Made by a program: the position numbers and the translations under genes
Source: Blastocladiella emersonii ATCC 22665
Lineage: Eukaryota; Fungi; Blastocladiomycota
Length of the DNA stretch: 64,000 bases
Direction of reading: 5' to 3'
NCBI GenBank assembly: GCA_025594325.1
Contig: JANHCV010000006.1
Coordinates: 558,001-622,000 of the forward strand
The notes under the pieces: generated by a model
Told to the model about the DNA's origin: nothing
Database searches by the model: none
What the model saw: only the letters and a program-made list of their open reading frames with translations
Part shown: piece after piece, positions 32,663-42,078 of the stretch
Layout: each line of letters begins with the position of its first letter
How positions within the stretch are numbered: position 1 is the stretch's first letter

Positions 32663-35476
32663 TCAGCGCATAAAGAAGAGGTCAAGAGTGACGTGAACGG
32701 ATTGGGTCATGGAAACGGTGGAAGACCACGTAAACCCGTACTGCTTTCCGGCTTCAAGGTACACTGTAGCACTGCCTCCCATGTACTGATCTGACGCGAA
32801 CTTACAGAGAGCTCGTGCCAGCAGTCCAATGTAGTCCTTACCCGCTACCGTCGAGTCGGTGGCATTATACAGCGAGTAAGTCGCGATGTGCTCCGTGACC
32901 GTACTTCCCTGCGTGTACCAGCCCTGACTGCGTAGTGCGTACCATCCCGTTGCGCTGACAGTGAAACAGCCGTTGGTTGCTCCAAGACCCAGGAACCCGG
33001 GACTTGTCGAGTTAACGATCGCCGCGCCTTGACTGTTTGCGCCCGTGATGACCTGGGATTGTCCGGATAAAAACGACAAACTCGCCGAGTTGATGAAAAC
33101 CTGTCCCCACCGATTTGTAGCCATGAGATTATCGACGTACGCTTTATTCGCGGCATCTGTGCCCGCCACTGGAGCAAGGTCGAGTGTGAGTTGGCCAGTG
33201 AACCGACCAGTGCCGTTGACTCGAAGTTTTTCTGTTCCAAGGGTCGCTGATCCGATGACCACGTTCCCACCGCCAGCTGCCAGGGATACGCCGCCCGTCG
33301 TTGCGGATGCGAGTTCGAGATTCCCTGCGGCAGTACATGCGAGATTGTTCTTGATGACGCCAGCTTGTTTAAAGTCGACGTACGTCAGCGTGTTTACCGC
33401 ACTGTCAAAGACCATATTCGCGCTCGTAAAGTTTCGGACCAGAATGTTGGGCACGGACAGTTGTTTATTCACTCCAAGTCCGCCGTTAATCGTGATCGCA
33501 CCAGATGAAGTCGATGTGCTATCCGTCGTATTCGTAAACGCAAACGTCGCGCCAAGTCCAAGTGCGGATTGAGGCACTGTGCCTGTTAGTGCGGATGCGC
33601 TCACGGATGTCACTTTTGAGGAAATATCGGGAAGACGGGCAATGTCGATGGTTCCTGCGAGTTTCGTAGCGTCAATTCCTGTGGCCAGTTTGAGATTCCC
33701 GATAGAACCGTCCGCGATACGTGCCACGTCCAGAGTTCCAGTGAGCTTTGTAGCGGAAACGTCCGCGACTTTGATGTCCGAGACAGCACCGCTTGCAAGC
33801 TGGCTATTTCCAATGGATCCGGCCGAGACTTTGGCGCCATCAATACCCATTGCAAGTTTGAGATTGCCAATCGAACCGTCCGCAATTCGTGCAACATCGA
33901 GTGTGCCAGTGAGCTTGGAAGCCGAAACGTCCGCGACCTTGATGTCCGAGACAGCACCGCTTGCGAGTTGGGCATTTCCAATAGATCCGGCCGTGACTTT
34001 GGCGCCATCAATTCCCGTTGCGAGTTTGAGATTGCCAATCGAACCGTCAGCAATGCGTGCAACATCGAGTGTACCTGTCAGCTTTGCGGCAGAAACGTCC
34101 GCGACCTTGATGTCCGAGACAGCACCGCTTGCGAGTTGGGCATTGCCAATAGATCCGGCCGTGACTTTGGCGCCATCAATTCCCGTTGCGAGTTTGAGAT
34201 TGCCAATCGAACCGTCAGCAATGCGTGCAACATCGAGTGTACCTGTCAGCTTTGCGGCAGAAACGTCCGCGACCTTGATGTCCGAGACAGCACCGCTTGC
34301 GAGTTGGACATTGCCAATAGATCCGGCCGTGACTTTGGCGCCGTCGATTCCCGTTGCAAGTTTGGCGTTCGAAACAGCCAAGTCAGCGAGTGCTGATGTA
34401 CCTACTGAACCCGCAACGAGCTTTCCACCAGAAACACTCACAAGTTTGGCATCCGAAACAGATGCATCAACAAGTGCAAGGCCGGACAGAGAACCAACTT
34501 TGTTTGAAACATCAGGGAGTCGAGCCAAGTCAATGGTTCCAGTCGTAATCTTTGCAGCATCTACGGCACCGATTTGGGCATTTGTGATCTGCCCGTTCAA
34601 CTTGGTCGTTTCAAGGGAGGCAATCATCCCTGAGAATACCGTGGGGATGTTCGCAGCAGCAAGTACGCCCGAAACCTTGGATGCGGACACTCCGGCGATT
34701 TGGGAGTCGGTGATGAGTCCAGTGATGGTCGATGCAGCTGTCGATGTCGTTGCGGGAAGACACGACACCGGAACCAATCCAGTGAGTTTGCCAGCGTCAA
34801 TAGTCAAAGGGAGATTAGCCGCGGCAAGTGTACCGCCGATTCGGCCCGCGTCGATCGTGTTTGGGAGCTGACTCTGTGCAAATTGGCCCACGACCTTGGT
34901 CGCTGAAACGCTGGCAATGTTTGCGTCGGCAACGGGTTCAGCCAGCATGGCGTTTGTGATCCGCGGAGCCGTAACTTTTGTCCATGGCACACTTGTGAGT
35001 TTCTCAGGCGTGACAGATGCATCGACCAGCTTTGCCGTGGTCACTGAACCATCTTGAATCGCCGCAGACGTCACTGATCCAGCTGCAAGACCGGACTTGA
35101 CATAGATTCCCTGTGCCCCAACTCCAAGCGTCGCGTCGTCCACCTTTACCGATACGACGTTTCCAATGACATTCACACCAGGACCTGCGCCAATCACGTT
35201 TGAAAGTTTTGATTCAAGGTGGGCCTTGGTCACGGCATGCGTTGGAAGTGTGGGTGGCTCAGATAGCGTGACTTGGGAGAATCCAGGTAGGTCACTCACT
35301 GCAACGGTCTTGCCAGTAACAACGATGTTGGTCCCCGCAGCCACTCCAGAGTTGGCGTTACAGTACGCCTTTGTTGCAAGGTTTGAGACGCTGTCAATGG
35401 CCACCGGATCGGCGACCACAGTTGGAGTACCGGTACCAGGTGCGTACCCAAAGATGTTTCGCGTGTTCAAGTCCAT
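32663..35476 (-). CDS. Fibre/adhesin-like virion protein with tandem 56-aa repeats (937 aa)
   Basis: Gly/Ala/Ser/Thr-rich; DGSVTTAKL-type and DAANKAYVD motifs reminiscent of viral fibres; internal repeat array. Confidence 0.6.
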   Translation of the reverse strand: MDLNTRNIFGYAPGTGTPTVVADPVAIDSVSNLATKAYCNANSGVAAGTNIVVTGKTVAVSDLPGFSQVTLSEPPTLPTHAVTKAHLESKLSNVIGAGPGVNVIGNVVSVKVDDATLGVGAQGIYVKSGLAAGSVTSAAIQDGSVTTAKLVDASVTPEKLTSVPWTKVTAPRITNAMLAEPVADANIASVSATKVVGQFAQSQLPNTIDAGRIGGTLAAANLPLTIDAGKLTGLVPVSCLPATTSTAASTITGLITDSQIAGVSASKVSGVLAAANIPTVFSGMIASLETTKLNGQITNAQIGAVDAAKITTGTIDLARLPDVSNKVGSLSGLALVDASVSDAKLVSVSGGKLVAGSVGTSALADLAVSNAKLATGIDGAKVTAGSIGNVQLASGAVSDIKVADVSAAKLTGTLDVARIADGSIGNLKLATGIDGAKVTAGSIGNAQLASGAVSDIKVADVSAAKLTGTLDVARIADGSIGNLKLATGIDGAKVTAGSIGNAQLASGAVSDIKVADVSASKLTGTLDVARIADGSIGNLKLAMGIDGAKVSAGSIGNSQLASGAVSDIKVADVSATKLTGTLDVARIADGSIGNLKLATGIDATKLAGTIDIARLPDISSKVTSVSASALTGTVPQSALGLGATFAFTNTTDSTSTSSGAITINGGLGVNKQLSVPNILVRNFTSANMVFDSAVNTLTYVDFKQAGVIKNNLACTAAGNLELASATTGGVSLAAGGGNVVIGSATLGTEKLRVNGTGRFTGQLTLDLAPVAGTDAANKAYVDNLMATNRWGQVFINSASLSFLSGQSQVITGANSQGAAIVNSTSPGFLGLGATNGCFTVSATGWYALRSQGWYTQGSTVTEHIATYSLYNATDSTVAGKDYIGLLARALCKFASDQYMGGSATVYLEAGKQYGFTWSSTVSMTQSVHVTLDLFFMR
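33690..34360 (-). repeat. About four tandem 168-bp (56-codon) repeats inside the fibre gene
   Basis: Anchor GATCCGGCC recurs at 33816, 33984, 34152 and 34320 (period 168). Confidence 0.92.
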
Positions 35477-35591
35477 TTACACTTTGGAGAGATAAAAATG
35501 CACGACATGACCGTACGCTGACACGGGCATCCCTGGGGATGTCGCCGATCACTGCCCACGCCGCTGAATTTAAAATCGTGCGTTCAAGTAA

Positions 35592-36371
35592 ATGGCATCC
35601 ACAACTGCAAACGGCTCACTCCGCGTCCGAACGTTCTCGTCCCAGGTCATGGACCAGCGCCACCAAGACCTCAATATCCAACTTGCCAATGGAAGTGTCG
35701 ATATTGAAACTGACGCCGTACTGCGACTGCACTCAAATACCAAGGAAGACGGCGCCGTGTTTAGCATTACAGGACCGGGCAGCGAAGGAGAAACTACGCG
35801 ATTTGCAATGTCGCCATGGCGGTATCGACCAGGTGGTCCGCAGTACGCAATGGAGGCCGAAGACATGGGTAACGGCACCGTAGAGGTTTGCCAGTACGTT
35901 GCTCCGCCTGGCCGTAACGACGATCCGCCTGAAGTTGTCACGAATCTGTCATATCACGGCCTCAGTATCCTGCACAATGGCCCACCGCCAGACGAAAACG
36001 CGTTCCACGTCAAGGGCGACGTTCGCATGGACGGAACCGTGGAAGCCGATTACTTTGGTTCCCATAGCCTGCCCATCAAACGCGTTTTGCTCGATTACGA
36101 CATGACGCTGTCCGAGTCGCAGCACACTTTCGACATCACCAATATCCTCCCAACACCGGATCTGAACCACATTGTGGGATGCCAAGTGTACTTTCGCGAT
36201 ATCTACCGCCACCGCCTTCATCTCGATACTGCAGCCCATTCTGTAGAGTTTGACAAGGACGAACAGAACAGGGTCACAATGACCATTGTCAAGGACATGT
36301 CTGGGTACCAGTTCTTTGTCCGAGTGCTCTTGGACGTCTGTAAAGTGCCCGTCGGCCGCACAAGTACTTGA
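35592..36371 (+). CDS. Hypothetical viral protein (259 aa)
   Basis: Open frame beginning at TAAATG; first gene of the structural cluster. Confidence 0.7.
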   Translation: MASTTANGSLRVRTFSSQVMDQRHQDLNIQLANGSVDIETDAVLRLHSNTKEDGAVFSITGPGSEGETTRFAMSPWRYRPGGPQYAMEAEDMGNGTVEVCQYVAPPGRNDDPPEVVTNLSYHGLSILHNGPPPDENAFHVKGDVRMDGTVEADYFGSHSLPIKRVLLDYDMTLSESQHTFDITNILPTPDLNHIVGCQVYFRDIYRHRLHLDTAAHSVEFDKDEQNRVTMTIVKDMSGYQFFVRVLLDVCKVPVGRTST

Positions 36372-36397
36372 AATCTTTTTGACGGGCTTCAGTAAAG

Positions 36398-36649
36398 ATG
36401 GATTTGTCCGAGTTTGTCCTGATCAACGACCCACGGAATACGATTAGCGACGACGTGTCCATTGCCTTTTCGCTTCAGGAACGGCCCGCGGAACCGGTAG
36501 AAAACCAAATCTCTGGAAAACGACAGGCAAAGCGTCTCCGTAAGATGCAAGACCTGGTTCGCCAACACACAAGTGACCCGCACAAAGAAAACATTTCTCG
36601 GATCAGACAGCGAATGCTCTTGAAACTGAAAACGAAGACTGCGTCGTAG
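36398..36649 (+). CDS. Hypothetical viral protein (83 aa, basic C-terminus)
   Basis: Packed ORF with GTAAAGATG start context and AAATCTTTTT after the stop. Confidence 0.6.
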   Translation: MDLSEFVLINDPRNTISDDVSIAFSLQERPAEPVENQISGKRQAKRLRKMQDLVRQHTSDPHKENISRIRQRMLLKLKTKTAS

Positions 36650-36674
36650 AAATCTTTTTCTGAGGATACTGTAA

Positions 36675-37205
36675 ATGCCGCGCACTCAGCCCGTAGAGGA
36701 GCCCATCCTTGAAACATCCGCGACAGATACCTCAGATGCCTCGGTTGAGGAAGTTCTTTCTGAAATCAAGAATGCGAAACTGTGGAAACAGAAACGTGGC
36801 GGCAGTGCACTCCCTAAAGAAACTGATCCGGACGTGATCAAGCAGCGGCGACTGGATGCACTGGCGAAAGCACGCGAAATCCGTGCCGCCAATCTGGCCC
36901 AACGCAAGAAAGACCTCGCTGCCGCACAAAAGACCAAGCTCAAGGAACTCGCTACTCGGATCGCTTCCAAGAAAGCGGCTGTGCAAGTGTCCGAGTCGGA
37001 ATCGGAGGAAGAAATTGTCGTGTACAAGCCCAAGCCCAAGAAACAGCGCCAACGCGTCGTGTATGTCTCGGAATCCGAGTCAGAGAGCTCGTATGATGAC
37101 CCGCCGCCCAAACCTGTGCCCAAACCCGCTGCCAAACCAAAACGACTCCAGAATCCCCGTCAGCCCAAATCTGCAGTGCAAGACTTTTCGCATCTTTTTT
37201 CCTGA
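36675..37205 (+). CDS. Hypothetical Lys/Glu-rich viral protein (176 aa)
   Basis: TAAATG start; alternating basic and SESESE acidic blocks; LDALAKAREIR helix. Confidence 0.7.
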   Translation: MPRTQPVEEPILETSATDTSDASVEEVLSEIKNAKLWKQKRGGSALPKETDPDVIKQRRLDALAKAREIRAANLAQRKKDLAAAQKTKLKELATRIASKKAAVQVSESESEEEIVVYKPKPKKQRQRVVYVSESESESSYDDPPPKPVPKPAAKPKRLQNPRQPKSAVQDFSHLFS

Positions 37206-37220
37206 GCCTATAGTTAAACA

Positions 37221-37526
37221 ATGTGGTTTGCAAACGCTTGGAATAACTTGAAAGGATACGCGGGGATTGCCGCCAAAGCGCTCGTTACTGGTATCGACTA
37301 TGGGAAACGCATTCTCCACGAGAAAGTCTCGCCCGTTATACATAATACCAAGTACTACAGCGGCATGATCTCGAGTCTTCCGATTCCCGTCCTTCGCGAC
37401 ATTGCAGCTGGCGTGAACCTTGCAAGCGGCCTGGCTGAGGAAGCCATTCTCCGCGTTGATCCGATTCTTGACAGTATTGCCCACGTAGGGCACGCTATAG
37501 ACCGAGCGCTTTCAGAAGGCGCCTAA
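37221..37526 (+). CDS. Small viral protein with N-terminal amphipathic helix (101 aa)
   Basis: MWFANAWNNLKGYAGIAAK start; lies just upstream of the ATPase gene. Confidence 0.6.
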   Translation: MWFANAWNNLKGYAGIAAKALVTGIDYGKRILHEKVSPVIHNTKYYSGMISSLPIPVLRDIAAGVNLASGLAEEAILRVDPILDSIAHVGHAIDRALSEGA

Positions 37527-37663
37527 ATATTTTCTCATCACACATTAAATCAGTCATGTTCTCAACTACTTTAATGTATTTTGGCGGATACGTTCTCGCC
37601 GTAGAGTGTGTCCAGTGTGCTCTGTGGCTCAAACGCAAATACTTTTGATGGTATACCGTAAAG

Positions 37664-38425
37664 ATGTTCGAAATCAAACCGTTACGAGAAAAGGGCGACG
37701 CCAAGGGCCCGGACTCGCTCATCCCCAAAGTGTGCTTTTCGTGTGCGATCGTAGCATGTCGTGGAAGTGGCAAGACGCTCACGCTACTGAACATGATCAC
37801 ACGCTTTTACAAGGGCCAGTTTAGCCGGCTTGTCGTGTGCTGTCCATCGTTTGAAAGCGACGAGAAGTGGAAACACATCTTCGCGCCAGGAATCCTCTCA
37901 AAGCCCCGCCGCAAAGACAAGGCCGAAGCGCAACTGTTCCCAGACGATGACCTTGAAGACCCCACCGTTCCATCCGAGGCGGATGTCCATACGGATGCCG
38001 CGACCTTTGAAAACGTGGTCTACGAACTCATCGAGTCGCAAAAAGCCATCCCCAAACGCGATCGACAGCCCGTACTCCTTGTACTCGACGATTGCGCGGC
38101 AACGGGTGTGCTTAAAAGCAAAGTCCTCATTGATTGTGTCATGAACGGGCGACACTACATGATTTCCACGGTCTACGTCACACAATCTTACTTCCAGCTT
38201 GCCAAGCCGCTTCGTCTCAACACAACCAACTTTCTGTTGTTCTCAACGGGTAATCAAAAGGAAGTGAAAAACTTTTACGAGGAGCATCATTGTGGCAAGA
38301 CTTGGGACCGGTGGTTGCAGATCTATAATCACTGTACTGCCGAGGACTATTCGTTCATGCACGTCAATTACAAGAATAGCAAGGCGAGACTGCTCACCGA
38401 ACGGTTCGAAAAGTACGTGAATTAA
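37664..38425 (+). CDS. A32-like (FtsK/HerA superfamily) DNA packaging ATPase
   Basis: Walker A ACRGSGKT, Walker B LLVLDDC, NGRHYMIS, TQSYFQLAKPLRLN. Confidence 0.93.
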   Translation: MFEIKPLREKGDAKGPDSLIPKVCFSCAIVACRGSGKTLTLLNMITRFYKGQFSRLVVCCPSFESDEKWKHIFAPGILSKPRRKDKAEAQLFPDDDLEDPTVPSEADVHTDAATFENVVYELIESQKAIPKRDRQPVLLVLDDCAATGVLKSKVLIDCVMNGRHYMISTVYVTQSYFQLAKPLRLNTTNFLLFSTGNQKEVKNFYEEHHCGKTWDRWLQIYNHCTAEDYSFMHVNYKNSKARLLTERFEKYVN

Positions 38426-38443
38426 ATTCCTTGGGTACTGTAA

Positions 38444-39637
38444 ATGAATCGGCAACGCCCAAGCACGCGTCCAACGTCCCGCGCACCAACTGGGTCGCGG
38501 CCCGAGACTGACACTGACCGGATCCGAAACAAGGAACACGATATCCCCATTGCGCAAAGGCCCATGAAACGCGTCCTTAAGATCAAGAAGATTGTGAGTA
38601 TCTCCAGGGATGGCACGAAAAAAGTCTTTCGACCAGTGAACCCAGTGTCGGCTGAGGCAAAGGCTAAGCGACGCATGCTCAAGGAACTTCCGAACGTACC
38701 CACAGTGACTCGCCGTGATCTGGAAGCGACTGCGCCCATGCCGTTTTCCATTGACGCCGTTCCCGTCGATACAGTATCAAGTGCGGTCTACGTGGCTCCC
38801 ATTGATGCTCGGAGCAGGGCACTCGAAGTACAGCACCAAACATCGCATCCCACTGAGGAGCACGTCTTCACTTTCACCAACGCGGATGTCCAGGCAGACG
38901 GCCGTATTCCGCTCCCACCTGGTTCAAGGTTCTCGCACGTCCGACTCTTGGATTTTACAATAGAGAACAACATCTATAGCGTCGATGCGACAAACGACTT
39001 TCTGGATATGACTGTGTTCCCGCTTGGAACATCGCTGGATCAAGTCAAGAGTGGGCAAGTCACTGGGTTACGGTCAAAGTATACGATTCCCCGCGGATTT
39101 TATACGCAGGCAACACTTGCATCCACTCTGGCCAGCGTGACTGGGTACTTTAATCCCAACAGCGACGGCGATCTGAAACTTGAGGTCAGTTTCAATGCCA
39201 TTCGCTTCGTTGCTGAACTCCGACTTGTCAAGGGCGCAAATGCAGAGTGTTTCATCGTCCATCCATGTAAACTCGCAAGCGACTTTTTAGGTCTCTCACA
39301 CGAACAGTTTAACGTGCCAGCTCGACTGATTGTGGGTGACCGTTGCGTGGACATGACCGGCGGACTGTTCTCACTTGTGATCCACAGCTCGGAACTTGGG
39401 AGTGCGACCACCAATAAACGTCTTCATGGCGCCAATCACAAACCCGTTCTCGCTGCCTTTCCCATCAACAGTTCACCAGGATATGCCACAACCTATCGCA
39501 GTCCATCGACCAGTATGAGCTGGTTCGGGTACCAGCGCGACCTGGACACGTTCTCGATCGAGTTTTCCGAAGGGTCCACAGGCCGTCGGCTCGATACCAC
39601 AAGTTGCCAGTGGTTTATGACGCTGTGTTTCTCGTAA
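38444..39637 (+). CDS. Minor capsid (penton-like) protein with basic N-terminal extension
   Basis: VRLLDFTIENNIYSV...YTIPRGFYT...FSIEF...GRRLD...WFMTL pattern; sits between the ATPase and MCP genes. Confidence 0.75.
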   Translation: MNRQRPSTRPTSRAPTGSRPETDTDRIRNKEHDIPIAQRPMKRVLKIKKIVSISRDGTKKVFRPVNPVSAEAKAKRRMLKELPNVPTVTRRDLEATAPMPFSIDAVPVDTVSSAVYVAPIDARSRALEVQHQTSHPTEEHVFTFTNADVQADGRIPLPPGSRFSHVRLLDFTIENNIYSVDATNDFLDMTVFPLGTSLDQVKSGQVTGLRSKYTIPRGFYTQATLASTLASVTGYFNPNSDGDLKLEVSFNAIRFVAELRLVKGANAECFIVHPCKLASDFLGLSHEQFNVPARLIVGDRCVDMTGGLFSLVIHSSELGSATTNKRLHGANHKPVLAAFPINSSPGYATTYRSPSTSMSWFGYQRDLDTFSIEFSEGSTGRRLDTTSCQWFMTLCFS

Positions 39638-39668
39638 AGTGTACATTTTTTTTATTGCGCGACATTAA

Positions 39669-40883
39669 ATGTCCAGTTCGCTAAAACTCTACGACTCCCA
39701 GCCCGAAATCGCGCCCGAGGAAATCCTTTACCGCGTTCCTGAGCACGTTTCAGGGACTCGTGTGTACAACACGGTTCGTTCAACCACTGGCGGAGTGTTC
39801 TCGGATGCCAATCGCCAGATCCGGTTCCGCATCCCTGGCGTAAAGACTAAGATGATTGATCCGACGACACTGTTCTTTGTATTCAATCACAATGCCACTT
39901 CGAGCAATAACCAGATCGTCATGGACGAGAACGCGTTCAGCTGCATCGAAAGCATCCGTGCAACCGACGAGAAAGGCACAGTCCTATTCAAAGAGAACGA
40001 GTACGCGCGCCTCCATGCTATCCTGCTCGATACGACTTGCAACGAGTCCCAGCGCAAGAATCTTTTCCACCTGGGCTGTGGGCCAAAGACATCGCGCCCG
40101 CTCGGCCGCAAGTACATGGTCCATCTCAAGGGACTGTTCGACGTGAAGACCTTTATTCCCACGTCCATGTTCGGGTTCATCGACATTGACATCAACCTTC
40201 GTCCTGGCGCACAGTGGCACGTCACCACCGAGAACGGCGCTCCCTCAGAGAACCTTGAGTATGCACTGACCAACTGTGAGCTCCAGTTTGAGGAGGTAGA
40301 GCTGTCGCCCCAGATCAACGCTGTACTTGCAAAGCGCTGGATGAACGAGGGAATCAAGTTTCACTTCTCGAGCTTTACTCACTTTGGTAAAACCCTGAAT
40401 GCAGGCGTAAACACCATCGTCATCCCTAACCGCAACCGCTCCCAAAAGACTGTGATCGCGTCTATGCAGCTGTCAAGTCTGGTCAATCTAAACCAAATCA
40501 CAGAAATGTCCAAGACGTACACCCGCGCGTGTCGTCTGCTTTCTTACCAGTTCAAGATTGGCAATACTTATTACCCATCAAAGCCTGTGGCTGATGTTTC
40601 AGAGGCGTGGTGTGAGGTCGTCAAGGCGTTTTCGCATAACGTCCGTGGGGTTGTGGAGTTCTCAAATTACTATGGTCCTCAAAGCACCAAGTTCTTCATT
40701 GCCCAAAACCTGAACGTCGTCCGATCGGCTATCAGTGGCAACAGCGACGGTGTGGTCTCACAGCTGCCCATTGATCTGATTCTGACTCTACCCGCCGACT
40801 CTCCGCCTATCCGCTTTGATGCTTGGGTTGAGCACGACGTCGTGGTGGTCGCAAAGGCTTTGGGCACAACCGTGATCCACTAA
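39669..40883 (+). CDS. Major capsid protein (double jelly-roll, PLV-type)
   Basis: 404 aa, beta-rich; FSDANRQIRFRIPG...MIDPTTLFFVFN and YQFKIGNTYYPSKPV resemble PLV MCP motifs; follows ATPase and minor capsid genes. Confidence 0.85.
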   Translation: MSSSLKLYDSQPEIAPEEILYRVPEHVSGTRVYNTVRSTTGGVFSDANRQIRFRIPGVKTKMIDPTTLFFVFNHNATSSNNQIVMDENAFSCIESIRATDEKGTVLFKENEYARLHAILLDTTCNESQRKNLFHLGCGPKTSRPLGRKYMVHLKGLFDVKTFIPTSMFGFIDIDINLRPGAQWHVTTENGAPSENLEYALTNCELQFEEVELSPQINAVLAKRWMNEGIKFHFSSFTHFGKTLNAGVNTIVIPNRNRSQKTVIASMQLSSLVNLNQITEMSKTYTRACRLLSYQFKIGNTYYPSKPVADVSEAWCEVVKAFSHNVRGVVEFSNYYGPQSTKFFIAQNLNVVRSAISGNSDGVVSQLPIDLILTLPADSPPIRFDAWVEHDVVVVAKALGTTVIH

Positions 40884-41185
40884 AGTTTTTTCGGGGCGAT
40901 GGTAAGCGGCAACTCGTTCAAACGCAATGTGCTACGGGATTCTTTTCGGCCGCAAAGTCAAGGAACACCATGGGAACGAGTTGTATTACTTCCCAGGGTA
41001 CACCATCCCCAAATCCCACCGTGTACATCCCCGAGACTGTCTTGCCCATCGAGATGCTGAGCGCTCCAAAGCCAGGAACGATCAAGTACACGGCGGTCCG
41101 TGGCACACGGAAGCCCGGCGAGAAATACACCGTGTACTTTGAATGAAATACCTTTCAGAATTACCTCCATGTACCTCTGAAAGAC

Positions 41186-41350
41186 TTAGTCGCTAAAATA
41201 TTCGTCGCTATCGTAGTCTGTGCGTTTGTACGTCACTCGGCGTTCGCAGCGCGGACAGAGAATGGTTGCACGGACGATATCGTGCTGATCAAGCCAACCT
41301 GGAATGCGATCGTGGTCGCATGGCGCCTGGAATCGAGTTGGTACTGCCAT
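41186..41350 (-). CDS. 54-aa micro-protein with CxH...CPRC putative metal site (below the ORF-track cutoff)
   Basis: TGTAAATG start; translates MAVPTRFQAPCDHDRIPGWLDQHDIVRATILCPRCERRVTYKRTDYDSDEYFSD*. Confidence 0.55.
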   Translation of the reverse strand: MAVPTRFQAPCDHDRIPGWLDQHDIVRATILCPRCERRVTYKRTDYDSDEYFSD

Positions 41351-41850
41351 TTACAAAGTCTTGAGAGAAAGAATTCAGTGTGCGTTCCACTCGTTTACTT
41401 TGCACATCCGTGGGGATGTCCGGTACTTGTTGTACACGTCTCCGAATCCACCAGAGACTTTCTCCTGAATAGCAAGTTTAGCCGGATCAGTGTCTTTGAG
41501 AATCGACTCTGCACCCATCAGGAACCATTGTTGGCGCTTTTGCGCGAGTGCGTGCTCGTAGTCAGCCTTCATCTGGTCGCGGGTCTTACGAAAAACCTCT
41601 TCATTTGCTACTGATATCCGTGCCAGAGCGTGGTGGTGGTGGATACAACCCAGACATTCTGTGCGAGGCTGCTGGAGCTGCCGCTGTAGATATTCATTGC
41701 GTTTAGTCAGGACTTTGAAAAGGTCAATGAAAAAGGGCTGTGCGCCGGATCTACAAACAGGGCAGAGCTTGGTAACGCGTTTCAAACAAATCTTACAAAC
41801 TTCCACGCCGCACCCTTGGCACTGCTTGAGACGGCCGGTTGGGGGCTCGC

Positions 41851-42024
41851 TGTCACGGTTCAGTGATCCGACGGCTCGGGCTGGTGGCGCGGGCTGGTGG
41901 CGCAGTCCCTCATAAGCCGAGCGTTGCCCTCGCTCTCCCTCTCTCTTGTCATTCGTGATACAATCATTCATTATCCGGCTAGTCATTCCTCGTGGCACAA
42001 GACCCTCCCCCTCGGCACCTTACA
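41851..42024 (+). repeat. 5' LTR
   Basis: TGTCACGG...CCTTACA; one mismatch seen against the 3' LTR (CAATCATTC vs CAATCCTTC). Confidence 0.97.
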
Positions 42025-42078
42025 CTTTGTATCACCGTAAAACCCCCTCCGAGCGGTGATTTCTTCCACGACGGCAAA

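Noticed and set aside
33690-34360. Regular repeat array resembling CRISPR
   Set aside because: Units are contiguous 168-bp in-frame coding repeats without unique spacers, and no cas genes are present.
40918-41170. Three overlapping ~70-aa ORFs downstream of the MCP gene
   Set aside because: One may be real (40958-41170 minus), but I cannot choose between them without homology or expression data.
41846-41998. ORFs starting MPRGMTSRIM (41375-41998, 46884-47111) and MAQSLISR (47010-47528)
   Set aside because: Their N-termini are read-through of LTR sequence; true starts are at 47179 and 47253.
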